Below, piece after piece: positions 31,765 through 41,009 of a stretch of DNA of 64,000 nt. The stretch comes from a bacterium (GTDB lineage: Bacteria > Bacillota_I > Bacilli_A > RFN20 > CAG-288). The first letter of the stretch is position 1. Every line of letters begins with the position of its first letter. Position numbers and translations under genes: made by a program. The notes below the pieces were generated by a model. The model saw nothing but the letters and a program-made list of their open reading frames with translations, ran no database searches and was not told the DNA's origin. The stretch is from the NCBI GenBank assembly GCA_963612025.1, contig CAVDUB010000005.1, forward strand, positions 8,943 through 72,942, read 5' to 3'.

Positions 31765-33486
31765 TCAATGGAACTGGGAAGAATACATAGAATAATAAAA
31801 TCCCTTCTTCGTCATCAGGGTCTGATGGTTGCCCGTCTCGATGACGTGCCCATCCTTGAGCACGAGAATGAGGGAAGCCTTCTGAATTGTGGAAAGACGG
31901 TGGGCGATGACAATGCTTGTTCGATCTTTCATGATGGCATCAAACGCATCCGTAATGAGTTTTTCCGTACGCGTATCGACGTTGCTTGTCGCTTCATCGA
32001 GAATGACGATATCCGGTTCAAGAAGCATGACCCTGGCGATGGTGAGCATCTGTCTTTCACCCTCCGAGAGTCCTTCCTTAGCTGAAACCTTGGTCTCATA
32101 GCCATAGGGAAGCGTATTGATGAAGAAATCCGCATGGGCTTTCTTACAGGCGGCCTTGACTTCCTCATCGGTAGCGGAAGGCTTGGCATAGCGAACATTT
32201 TCCATGACTGTTCCAGAGAAAATCCATGTTTCCTGCAAAACCATGCCGAAATTGGCTCTGAGAGAAGATTTCTTTATGTCTGTTCCCTTCATGCCATTGT
32301 AGAGAATCGCGCCTTTGGTCGGATCATAGAAACGCATCAGGACATTGATGAGAGTGGATTTTCCGGCTCCGGTCGGACCGACAATCGCCACGGAATCTCC
32401 CTTGTGGATGACTTCATTGAAATCCTCGATGAGTTTCTGCTCCGGCTCATAGGAGAACCACATTCTGTCAAACTTCATCTCCTGGATATTCTCAATATCC
32501 ATCGTTCCCTCATCGACATCGTCTTCCTTGTTGAGGAAGTCGTTGATTCTCTTGAAGGAGAAGACAGCAGTCTCATATTCGCTTAAGACACCGCTGATTT
32601 CATTAAACGGCTTGGTATAACTTGTCGTATAGCTTAAGAAGGAAGAGAGTTTTCCGATTGTCATCGAAAGAATCGGATAGGTCGCAGTGAAAGGAATCAT
32701 GATGATGCCGCTGATACCAATAAGGCAATAGATAGTGTTGTTCACAAGTCTTGTCGTCGGATTGGTCCATGAGGCAGAAAAGAGAGCAATTTTTCCTTCC
32801 TTCCTCAATTCCTCATTCTGAGACTGGAATTTCATCAGAGAATCATCCTGGAAATTCAGGGACTGCAGAAGGTCGGAATTATTAATGGCTTCCATCGAAA
32901 GTCCGTTGAGTTCCGACTGAAGTTTGGCTTGCTTCTTGAAATATCTGTGTGAGAAATTGGCAACAAAACGGCTGACAATGAGACTCAAAGGAGAAAGCAG
33001 GATGACACCCAATGCCAAAATCCAGTTCGTGATGAACATCATGATGATGGTAATCACAATGGCAAGGACACCTTCGATCAAAGATTTGAAGACGGAGAAG
33101 AGACCATTGGCAACATTCTCGACATCACCGATTTCAAGTTGCACAAGGTTTCCCTGGCTTTCCTTGAATATCGTATCGATGGAGACACTGTTGAGCTTAT
33201 GATAGGTGTCATTTCTCATCTCATAGATGATTTCCTGCGTCATGACACCGACCGAATATTCAAAGAAGAAATCAGCAAACGCACCAAAGATGGATAAGCC
33301 AAGGGAAAGGAAGATAAAGAGGAAGAAGATATTTTTCTTGCTGTCGATGGCGGCATCCAGGGCATAGCCGACAAAAAGTGGCTGCGAGAGCTGTGCGATA
33401 AGGAAGACGAGAACCGACAAGGCAATCAGGACAATTCTCTTTTTCTGCGGAAGGAGATAGGAAAAAAAGCGTTTCTTGTAATCCAT
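31765..33486 (-). CDS. ABC exporter permease/ATPase fusion, subunit with canonical Walker B (ILDEATS) and degenerate signature (LSEGERQ)
   Basis: N-terminal 6-TM domain plus NBD with GPTGAGKST, LSEGERQMLTIARVM and IVILDEATSNVD. Confidence 0.9.
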   Translation of the reverse strand: MDYKKRFFSYLLPQKKRIVLIALSVLVFLIAQLSQPLFVGYALDAAIDSKKNIFFLFIFLSLGLSIFGAFADFFFEYSVGVMTQEIIYEMRNDTYHKLNSVSIDTIFKESQGNLVQLEIGDVENVANGLFSVFKSLIEGVLAIVITIIMMFITNWILALGVILLSPLSLIVSRFVANFSHRYFKKQAKLQSELNGLSMEAINNSDLLQSLNFQDDSLMKFQSQNEELRKEGKIALFSASWTNPTTRLVNNTIYCLIGISGIIMIPFTATYPILSMTIGKLSSFLSYTTSYTKPFNEISGVLSEYETAVFSFKRINDFLNKEDDVDEGTMDIENIQEMKFDRMWFSYEPEQKLIEDFNEVIHKGDSVAIVGPTGAGKSTLINVLMRFYDPTKGAILYNGMKGTDIKKSSLRANFGMVLQETWIFSGTVMENVRYAKPSATDEEVKAACKKAHADFFINTLPYGYETKVSAKEGLSEGERQMLTIARVMLLEPDIVILDEATSNVDTRTEKLITDAFDAIMKDRTSIVIAHRLSTIQKASLILVLKDGHVIETGNHQTLMTKKGFYYSMYSSQFH

Positions 33487-33488
33487 GA

Positions 33489-35330
33489 TTATTCTTCTCC
33501 TTTCTGAACCTGTGAAAGATAGGTTTCTTTATAAATCGGGCAATTCTTCATCAATTCTTCATGATTGCCCTGTCCGATGACCTCACCGCCCTCCAAGACA
33601 AGAATCTTGTCGCATTCGCTGACGGTGGAGACTCTCTGGGAAACGATGATCTTTGTGATGTTCTGATAGTGTTCAGAAATGTTATTTCGGACTTTCTTAT
33701 CGGTCAGAAGGTCCAACGCGGAAGTCGAATCATCCAGGATGATGATTTCCGGATTCTTCACAAGTGCCCGAGCGATGCAGAGCCTCTGTCTTTGGCCGCC
33801 CGAGAAATTCTTTCCGCCTTCCTCGACTTCATGATCAAAACCATCTTCATAGCGGCTGACAAATTCATAAGCCAATGAATCACTCATGGCATTCTTGATT
33901 TCCTCGTCGGTCGCTGTCGGATTGGCCATTCTCATATTCGAGCCGATGGTTCCTTTGAAGAGGACCGATTTTTGAGGAACAAGTGCGATTTCATCCCTCA
34001 AGGATTCCAAGGAATAATTTCGGATATCTTCCTTTTTATATTTTACCTGACCGTTTGTAGCATCCAAGAAACGTTCCATAAGGTTGATAAGGGTCGATTT
34101 TCCGCTTCCCGTTCCACCGATGATTCCCAAGGATTCCCCTTTGTTGAGACGAAAATCGATGTTCTTCAAAGCCATGTTTCCGCCTTCCTTGTAAGCCAAA
34201 TCGACATGGTCAAAGGAGAAGATTTCCTCACCCAAAGGATAATTTTTCTTTACGAGAGGATTTTCGATATCATGAATTTTCGGCTGAATCGCCAAGACTT
34301 CATCAACACGCTTGGAAGAGACATTGGCTTTGGTCAGAACCATGACGACATTGGTCAGCTGAACCAGAGTTGTAAAAATCTGTGCCAAATAGGCGACGAG
34401 GGTGATGACCGTGCTCGAATAGGCTCTTCCGGCTTCCTGGGAAGCAGAAAACATCGGGAGTCCACCAAAGAGAATGACCGCTAAGGTGGCAAGAGCGATG
34501 ATTGCGAAAGTCAAAGGGTTGATCAATGCATTGAGGAAATTGACCTTGATGGAATTTTCCTTATAGACACCGGTGATTTCCCGGAAGGATTTTTCTTCGT
34601 AATCCTGTCTGTTGAAGGCACGGATAACCTTGCTTCCTTCCAAGGTATCGCCCGTTTTGATCGAAATATTGTCGAGTTTCTTCTGAATAGAAAGATATTC
34701 TTTGCTTGACTTCTTCATGATAAAAAAGACGACAAAAAGAATCAGCGGAACAATACTGACAAAGACAAGTCCAATCTGCCAGTTGAGAATCAAGGAGATG
34801 ACAATGGCACCTAGAATGATGAATGGTGCACGGACGATGAGTCGGATGAAGATTAGAACACCCTGCTGAACCATATAGGAATCCGCATTGAGCGTCGTCA
34901 AAAGACGGGCATTGCCCAATTCCTCTCTTTCCATCTTCGAAAAGGAAAGAATTTTCTCATAAAGGGAATTTCTGACATCGCACCCGACAGCCATGGCTGT
35001 CCTCGCTGCGATATATTGGGTCAGCATGGTTGTCGCGAAGCCCAAAATACCCATGATGAGGATGATGACGCATCCGATGATGGCATAATTCAGATTCGGA
35101 TTATCTTTGATCCAAACCCCGAAAAGAGTGATAAAGCGCGAAATGGCCAAGATAATCGGGTTCGTCTCGGAATCGATGGCACGGACGCCATCGAATGTCG
35201 ACATATCGATGATGGTCTTCATGAACAAAGGAATCAGCAGATCGAAGACGGCTTCGATCATCTTCAGCGCTGGACCCAAGGTGAAAGCTATGGGATGACG
35301 CTTGTAAGCCTGCGATGTTTTTTCAATCAT
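33489..35330 (-). CDS. ABC exporter permease/ATPase fusion, subunit with degenerate Walker B (ILDDSTS) and canonical signature (FSGGQRQ)
   Basis: N-terminal TM domain plus NBD with GGTGSGKST, FSGGQRQRLCIARAL and IIILDDSTSALD (the catalytic Glu is replaced by Asp). Confidence 0.9.
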   Translation of the reverse strand: MIEKTSQAYKRHPIAFTLGPALKMIEAVFDLLIPLFMKTIIDMSTFDGVRAIDSETNPIILAISRFITLFGVWIKDNPNLNYAIIGCVIILIMGILGFATTMLTQYIAARTAMAVGCDVRNSLYEKILSFSKMEREELGNARLLTTLNADSYMVQQGVLIFIRLIVRAPFIILGAIVISLILNWQIGLVFVSIVPLILFVVFFIMKKSSKEYLSIQKKLDNISIKTGDTLEGSKVIRAFNRQDYEEKSFREITGVYKENSIKVNFLNALINPLTFAIIALATLAVILFGGLPMFSASQEAGRAYSSTVITLVAYLAQIFTTLVQLTNVVMVLTKANVSSKRVDEVLAIQPKIHDIENPLVKKNYPLGEEIFSFDHVDLAYKEGGNMALKNIDFRLNKGESLGIIGGTGSGKSTLINLMERFLDATNGQVKYKKEDIRNYSLESLRDEIALVPQKSVLFKGTIGSNMRMANPTATDEEIKNAMSDSLAYEFVSRYEDGFDHEVEEGGKNFSGGQRQRLCIARALVKNPEIIILDDSTSALDLLTDKKVRNNISEHYQNITKIIVSQRVSTVSECDKILVLEGGEVIGQGNHEELMKNCPIYKETYLSQVQKGEE

Positions 35331-35486
35331 AAGTCAAACCTCTTTCTAACAAAAATGCAATCTATTTTACTCAACTCTCTTGTCGAATGATATAAGAAAC
35401 AAGAATAATTATCTTATCTTGTTGATTTGCGCAATATCCCACTTATAAAAATTTACATGTGTATACCAGTCGTGTTCACAAAAAGA

Positions 35487-35515
35487 TTGCAACTCCTTTC
35501 CGAGAATGGTAAAAT
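35487..35515 (+). promoter_or_regulatory. Promoter of the rimP-nusA-infB operon
   Basis: TTGCAA-17 nt-TAAAAT with an extended -10 (TGgTAAAAT). Confidence 0.65.
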
Positions 35516-35584
35516 AAGGTGCTAGGGAAACCTAGAGGCTATCTTTCTATTATGGAAAGATTGCGACATTCTTAAGCAAAATTA

Positions 35585-35622
35585 AGAGTGGATCTCCTTT
35601 TTGGGGGTCCACTCTTTGTTTT
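35585..35622 (+). terminator. Leader terminator/attenuator upstream of rimP
   Basis: agagtggatctcc-ttttt-gggggtccactct long hairpin followed by ttgtttt. It ends 15 nt before the rimP ATG. Confidence 0.6.
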
Positions 35623-35637
35623 CAGAAAGGGGACAGC

Positions 35638-36090
35638 ATGGATCTGACAAACATCAATGAAATACTGAAAAAAGCCTGCGACGAGCTTTCTCTGCAACTT
35701 GTTTCCACCCGTTTCTACAAAGATCCGGAAATGGGCGACATGCTTGAAATTCTCATTGACAAGGACTACAACATCACTATGGATGAGATTGAGGCCTTCA
35801 CTGAAAAGGTCAATCCTCTCTTAGATGAACTTCCCGAATTGGATTTCCCTTATACATTGGATATCTCCTCGGGCGGAAGCGAAAGAGAAATTCCCTTTGA
35901 GGATATCGGAAAACTCATGGATCACCATCTGGACATCAAACTGAAAAAGACAGGTGAAACGATCACCCTCAAGCCTCTCGCCTTTGAGAAAGGCGTCTTA
36001 AAAGGACAATACTTCATCAAAGGAAGAAAGAAGAGTGTCGAACTGACAAAAGAAGACATTGAGTCGATTCATATGGGCTACAAGGCCTAG
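35638..36090 (+). CDS. rimP: Ribosome maturation factor RimP
   Basis: 150 aa with an LDISSGGSEREI block. It sits at the conserved position upstream of nusA. Confidence 0.85.
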   Translation: MDLTNINEILKKACDELSLQLVSTRFYKDPEMGDMLEILIDKDYNITMDEIEAFTEKVNPLLDELPELDFPYTLDISSGGSEREIPFEDIGKLMDHHLDIKLKKTGETITLKPLAFEKGVLKGQYFIKGRKKSVELTKEDIESIHMGYKA

Positions 36091-36125
36091 AAGAATAAAA
36101 GACATAATTGGAGGAATAGAGTACT

Positions 36126-38021
36126 ATGTCTGAAGAAAATGAAGTTTTAGACGAAGTCGTCGAATCCGAAGAGGAAGAAATCGAAGAGGCCCCGAAGAAG
36201 AGAAGAGGCCACAAATCCACTTCAAAGCCGATTACAGGCAAGATCAAATGCGATGATTTCACGACCGCCATCGGAGAAATCCAGAGTGATTCCTATGTTT
36301 CTTCCGAACAGGTCATCGATATTCTTATCTCGACCATGCAGCAGGCCTATCTCGAATGGTCCTATCCAGGATTGTTCAAGGACAAAGACTCCACGGATCC
36401 TGCCAAAGAACTGATCAAATGCGAAGTCAGCCTTTCTGGAACATTCTCGAAATTCACCATCTACGATATCAAGACCGTCACTCCGGAAGATGACATCGTC
36501 GATGATGCCTATCAGATTTCCCTTGAAGATGCACAGGAACTCAAGCCAAACTGCAAGATCGGCGATTCCATCAAAATCAAATTCGATACCACCAAGCTCG
36601 ACAAAACCTATGTCAGAAGAGTCAAGCAGCTTTTCCAATCCAAGATCAAGGAAGCGAGCAAAGCGGCCGTTTTGGCTGTCTACCAAGATAAGATTGGCGA
36701 CATTATCGAAGGAACGGTGACGAAAATCGAACAGGATGGTTCTTCCTATGAAATCAATTTCGGAAAAGCCACCGGCACCCTGAGAAGAGCCAATAAGCTC
36801 AACAGCGATCGCTTTGTCGTCGGTGACCGCGTTCTCGTCCATCTTTCCGATGTGTCCGACAAGAGCAATCCGCCGAGTCTGGTCATTTCCAGAACCAGCC
36901 GTGAATTCATCGAGAAGCTTCTCGAAAGAGCCGTTCCGGAAATCAAGGAAGGCATTGTCAGCATCAAGGCCTGCGAAAGAGACGCTGGAAAGAGAACAAA
37001 GATTTTTGTCGATTCCAACAATGAGCACATCGATCCTGTCGGAACCTGCATCGGTCCCGAAAGTTCCCGTGTCCGTTCCGTCCTTGATCAGATTGGCAGT
37101 GAAAAGATCGATATCGTCCGCTATTATCCAAATAAAGCCCTTCAGGTTATCGAAGCCATGAAGCCGGCAATTGTCATCGGCTTGACTTGTCCGGAAGATT
37201 TCTTCGATGCCAATGTCCATTATGATGAACTTGAGCAGGACCGCGACTACGAATATCCAAAGATCACAGCCGTCGTCAACAATGGCAACCAAGGCGTCGC
37301 CATCGGCACGAACGGCGTCAACGTCCGTCTTGCCAGTCGTATCACCCATTGCACCATCTCTGTCCTTCAGTCAGATGATGCCATCTCCTCCGGCACAAAA
37401 TATATCATGGTTCCAGATATCCTCAAGATGGTCAAGGGAACTGCGGATGAAGCAGTCAATGAAGAGACGACTCTTGATGACGAGGAATTCTCTGAGGAGA
37501 TCCACGATGAGGAAGTGATTCCGAACATTCCAGAAGAAAAGCAGGATGAAGAAGTGAAGCCAGCCGTCGAGGAAAAACCGGCGGAAGAAGCCGCTGTCGT
37601 TGAAAACAAGCCCGAGGAAGTTCCTGTCAAGGAAGAAACTCCTGCCGAACCTGTCATCGATCCTGTCAAGCAGGCCAAGGAAGAAACAAAGGCCAAAGAG
37701 AAGGAAGAGAAGGCTGCAGAGGAAGTCATCGAGCACGTCGAAATCAAGAACAAGCCACGTATCTCCCTCGAAGAACTCGAAGAAGCCCTCACCAGCAAGA
37801 AAGGCCCAAGCGAAACCCGCTCCTACAAAAAGAAGTGGAAAAAGAATGACGAGGAAGAAAAAGAAACTGCCTCGACAGCAAGCAAAGTCTCTGCTATGCC
37901 CATCTACACCGAAGAAGAACTCAAGCAGATGGATGAGGAGCAGTCCAACGAAGAGGAATCCTATGAGGATGAGATCGATTATGATCAGTATGATTCCGAT
38001 GAATACTATGACCAGAAGTAA
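36126..38021 (+). CDS. nusA: Transcription termination/antitermination factor NusA with long terminal extensions
   Basis: S1 domain (GDIIEGTVTKIEQDGSSYEINFGKATGTL), KH domains (DPVGTCIGPESSRVRSV and GVAIGTNGVNVRLASRIT), an acidic N-terminal extension and a ~200-aa E/K/P-rich tail. Confidence 0.93.
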   Translation: MSEENEVLDEVVESEEEEIEEAPKKRRGHKSTSKPITGKIKCDDFTTAIGEIQSDSYVSSEQVIDILISTMQQAYLEWSYPGLFKDKDSTDPAKELIKCEVSLSGTFSKFTIYDIKTVTPEDDIVDDAYQISLEDAQELKPNCKIGDSIKIKFDTTKLDKTYVRRVKQLFQSKIKEASKAAVLAVYQDKIGDIIEGTVTKIEQDGSSYEINFGKATGTLRRANKLNSDRFVVGDRVLVHLSDVSDKSNPPSLVISRTSREFIEKLLERAVPEIKEGIVSIKACERDAGKRTKIFVDSNNEHIDPVGTCIGPESSRVRSVLDQIGSEKIDIVRYYPNKALQVIEAMKPAIVIGLTCPEDFFDANVHYDELEQDRDYEYPKITAVVNNGNQGVAIGTNGVNVRLASRITHCTISVLQSDDAISSGTKYIMVPDILKMVKGTADEAVNEETTLDDEEFSEEIHDEEVIPNIPEEKQDEEVKPAVEEKPAEEAAVVENKPEEVPVKEETPAEPVIDPVKQAKEETKAKEKEEKAAEEVIEHVEIKNKPRISLEELEEALTSKKGPSETRSYKKKWKKNDEEEKETASTASKVSAMPIYTEEELKQMDEEQSNEEESYEDEIDYDQYDSDEYYDQK

Positions 38022-38024
38022 TGG

Positions 38025-38303
38025 ATGAATAAGAAAAAAATTATTTACAGAATGGATTTTTCCACCCGCGAATGCTATCCAATAGAAGAGATGTTCCGTC
38101 TGACAAAAAAAGACGGGACACTCTCATTTGATGAAAACAATACACTCGGTGGAAGAGGAATCTATTTACATAAAGACGAAGAACATCTTAAAAACATCTT
38201 CATAAAGGGTAAACTAAAACGTTTTACCCAATCCAAAGAAGATCTTTCTCGTCTGGAAAGGGAGTTGACGAATGCTCTCGGAAAATCAAAAGAAGAAGCT
38301 TGA
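38025..38303 (+). CDS. ylxR: YlxR/DUF448-family RNA-binding protein
   Basis: 92 aa with GGRGIYLH and the conserved position immediately after nusA. Confidence 0.8.
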   Translation: MNKKKIIYRMDFSTRECYPIEEMFRLTKKDGTLSFDENNTLGGRGIYLHKDEEHLKNIFIKGKLKRFTQSKEDLSRLERELTNALGKSKEEA

Positions 38304-38604
38304 TACGTATTTCGGCTTTGCCATGAAAAAGAAAGCCGTCTATGTCGGAATGAAGATGGAGGAACTCCTTTCGAGAAAACGATTGGATACTCTCCTCCTT
38401 CTTCCTTCGATTTCCGACAAGAAGAAAGAAGAACTCGAACACTACAAGACCCTGAATCCCAACCTTGTCATCTTTCACTATCAGGGTGAAGACTACGATA
38501 TAAAGAATATCCTCGGCTATGACCTGCTCAACGCCTGCGGCATCAAAGACGTGCATCTCTACAAAGCCATTGTGGATATACTCAAAGAAGACGTCAAAAA
38601 ATAG
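38272..38604 (+). CDS. ylxQ: L7Ae-like K-turn-binding protein YlxQ
   Basis: 110 aa at the conserved position between ylxR and infB. AAGGGAG lies 7 nt upstream of the ATG. It overlaps ylxR by 32 nt. Confidence 0.7.
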   Translation: MLSENQKKKLDTYFGFAMKKKAVYVGMKMEELLSRKRLDTLLLLPSISDKKKEELEHYKTLNPNLVIFHYQGEDYDIKNILGYDLLNACGIKDVHLYKAIVDILKEDVKK

Positions 38605-38615
38605 GAGGTATGCAT

Positions 38616-40421
38616 ATGTCTAAAAAGAAGAGTAACAAGCAGTCAAGCAAGCCGGCTTTCGGCAAGAAGCAGCAGGCCGGAGTCCAAGATGGCGTTTTCA
38701 TCTACAACGGACCGATGACATTGGATCAGCTTTGCAAAAGAATCAACGTTTCTCCCTCAGACACCATCAAAAGTTTCCTCATGCAAGGCAAATTGATTTC
38801 CCTCAATACCGTTTTGGATGATGACCTCATTGCGGAAGTGTGTCTGAACAACAATCTCGACTTTAAGAAAGAATCCTCCATCGCCGTCGATGACTTTACC
38901 AAAGCAAATGTCTTTGACAAGGATTCCGACAACGATTTCCGTGCTCCGGTCGTGACCATCATGGGCCACGTCGACCACGGCAAGACGACATTGATCGACT
39001 GCATCCGCCATTCCAACATCACCAGTGGGGAACACGGCGGCATTACGCAGGAAATCGGTGCCTATCAGAAGATTGTCAACGGCAAAAAAATCACATTCAT
39101 CGATACGCCAGGCCATGAAGCTTTCACGGCCATGCGCGCCCGAGGTGCTTCCGTCACCGATATCGTCGTTTTGGTCGTCGCAGCCGATGACGGTGTCAAA
39201 CCGCAGACCATCGAAGCTCTCGATCATGCCAAAGCGGCCAATGTCCCGATCATCGTCGCCATCAATAAGTGCGATAAGCCGGGAGCCCAGGTCGAGAGAG
39301 TCAAACAGCAGCTTTCTGGATTGGGTGTCTTGAGTGAAGACTGGGGCGGTGACACCATGATGTTCGAAATCTCGGCTAAAAAGAATCAGGGTGTCGACGA
39401 ACTCCTCGAAGGTATCCTGACCCTCGCCGAGCTTCTCGAATTGAAGGCAAACAACAATGCCCGTGCCATCGGAAGCGTCATCGAAGCCACCCTCGACAAG
39501 AAGGAAGGTGCAAAAGCAACCCTTTTGGTTCAGAACGGAACCCTTCATGTCGGTGATTTTCTGGCAGTCGGCCAATATTACTGCAAGGTCAGAAAGATGA
39601 CCAACGAATTCAACAAGATGCTCAAGGAGGCCCTTCCATCCACGCCCGTGAGCGTCATCGGACTTTCGGGTGTTCCTGTTGCCGGAGACCGCTTCATGGC
39701 CTTCGAGGATGAAAAGAGCGCCCGTGAAGCTGCACAGAAGAGAGCCAATGCTCTTATCAGCGCAAATCCGTCTGGAGCCAGCTTGGCCGACTCGACAAAG
39801 GATGGAGATATCAAGAACATCAACCTCATCATCAAGGCCGATACCGAAGGTTCTGCTGAGGCTTTGAAGGCATCCTTGGAGAAAATCGAAGTGGAAGGTG
39901 CCAAGCTCACTGTCCTGCACTGCAATTCCGGCGATGTCAGCCAAGGCGATATCATCCTTGCAAGTGCATCCCACGCCGTCATCCTTGCCTTCTCAGTGAA
40001 AGTCTCTGCCTCCATCAAGGATATGGCAAAAGAACAGAATGTCGAAATCCGTGAATACAACATCATCTATAAGATGCTCGAAGATATCGAAGCGGCCATG
40101 AGAGGAACTCTCGCTCCGGTCTTCGAAGAAGTCATCTATGGACATTTGGAAGTCCGTTCCCTCTTCAAGGCAAGCAAAGTCGGTCAGATTGCCGGTTGTA
40201 TGGTCACAGATGGAACAATCAAAAATTCTTCTTCCATCCGCGTCTTCCGCAATGATGAATTGGTTCTCAAGACACATTTGACCTCATTGAAGAGATTTAA
40301 GGATGATGTCAAGGAAGTCCAGAGCGGATTCGAATGTGGCTTGACGATTTCAGACAACTTCAATTTGATTGAAGGAGACGTGCTGGAAGCCTTCGGTCAG
40401 GAGGAAGTCAAGAATGGCTGA
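38616..40421 (+). CDS. infB: Translation initiation factor IF-2
   Basis: G-domain [18 protein letters not shown] and NKCD. I preferred the ATG at 38616 (GGAGG 7 nt upstream). Confidence 0.96.
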   Translation: MSKKKSNKQSSKPAFGKKQQAGVQDGVFIYNGPMTLDQLCKRINVSPSDTIKSFLMQGKLISLNTVLDDDLIAEVCLNNNLDFKKESSIAVDDFTKANVFDKDSDNDFRAPVVTIMGHVDHGKTTLIDCIRHSNITSGEHGGITQEIGAYQKIVNGKKITFIDTPGHEAFTAMRARGASVTDIVVLVVAADDGVKPQTIEALDHAKAANVPIIVAINKCDKPGAQVERVKQQLSGLGVLSEDWGGDTMMFEISAKKNQGVDELLEGILTLAELLELKANNNARAIGSVIEATLDKKEGAKATLLVQNGTLHVGDFLAVGQYYCKVRKMTNEFNKMLKEALPSTPVSVIGLSGVPVAGDRFMAFEDEKSAREAAQKRANALISANPSGASLADSTKDGDIKNINLIIKADTEGSAEALKASLEKIEVEGAKLTVLHCNSGDVSQGDIILASASHAVILAFSVKVSASIKDMAKEQNVEIREYNIIYKMLEDIEAAMRGTLAPVFEEVIYGHLEVRSLFKASKVGQIAGCMVTDGTIKNSSSIRVFRNDELVLKTHLTSLKRFKDDVKEVQSGFECGLTISDNFNLIEGDVLEAFGQEEVKNG

Positions 40422-40881
40422 TAAATTCGGACGTGTTCAACAGATTATCAAGAAGAACCTCAGCGATATCATCATCTTCCAGATGAAAAACAAGATTTGC
40501 GAATTCGCTTCCATCACCGAAGTGAAACTCACCTCCGATTATTCCTACTGCAAAGTCTATGTCTCTCATCTCGAATCGGATAAGATTGATGAGCTGGTTT
40601 CATTCCTTGATAACCGCAAAGGCTTCATCCGTTCCAAATTGGCTGAATCCCTTTCGATCTACAAGACACCTGAACTCATCTTCATCGCCGACAAGCTCTA
40701 TGATAAGGCTCACGAGATGGATGTCATGATCAGCGATGCCATCAACAGAAAGCCGGTCACCTTGAAGGATGTCTATGGAAAAAACTATAAGACGCCTGAA
40801 GAAAAGGAAGCCTTGAAGAAAAAAAGAGAAGAAGCCAAGAAGGCAAAAGAAAAGACGCCGAGCAAAAAAAGCAGACGGTGA
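40414..40881 (+). CDS. rbfA: Ribosome-binding factor A with Lys/Glu-rich C-terminal tail
   Basis: [20 protein letters not shown]...CKVYVS is the RbfA fold signature. The start overlaps the infB stop by 8 nt. The track start at 40369 is an in-frame upstream extension inside infB. Confidence 0.88.
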   Translation: MADKFGRVQQIIKKNLSDIIIFQMKNKICEFASITEVKLTSDYSYCKVYVSHLESDKIDELVSFLDNRKGFIRSKLAESLSIYKTPELIFIADKLYDKAHEMDVMISDAINRKPVTLKDVYGKNYKTPEEKEALKKKREEAKKAKEKTPSKKSRR

Positions 40882-40935
40882 AGTCGACAAAGAAAACAAG
40901 CAAGACGAAAAAAGAAGAAGAAGAATAAACAAAAT

Positions 40936-41000
40936 AGGCTGTCTATGCATTCGGATATATCCCGTCAAGGGTAACCCGAAAAGCAAGACAGCCTTTTTTC
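40936..41000. terminator. Bidirectional terminator between convergent rbfA and ribF
   Basis: aggctgtct (40936-40944) pairs with agacagcct (40986-40994). It encloses an inner ttcgg...ccgaa helix and is followed by tttttt. Confidence 0.6.
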
Positions 41001-41009
41001 AAGGACAAA

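Noticed and set aside
37600-38028. A 142-aa extremely basic ORF in an alternative frame of the nusA tail.
   Set aside because: It is a frame-shifted reading of the GAA/AAG-rich low-complexity tail. Such purine-rich repeats stay open in several frames. It has no independent start signals.
38757-39974. A very long antisense ORF (405 aa) opposite infB. Similar ones lie opposite nusA (36222-37349, 375 aa), rplC/rpsJ (62982-63896), rplB (60745-61581), rpsK/rpsM (50319-51185), rplF (55789-56508), truB (41782-42672), ligA (506-1366) and pcrA (2676-3443).
   Set aside because: Each lies fully inside a strongly conserved gene on the other strand. They have no Shine-Dalgarno sequence and an odd D/G/I/F/R-rich composition. 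Strong codon bias explains them: TTA, CTA and TCA codons are rare in-frame, so the complementary frame lacks stops. They are shadow ORFs, not genes.
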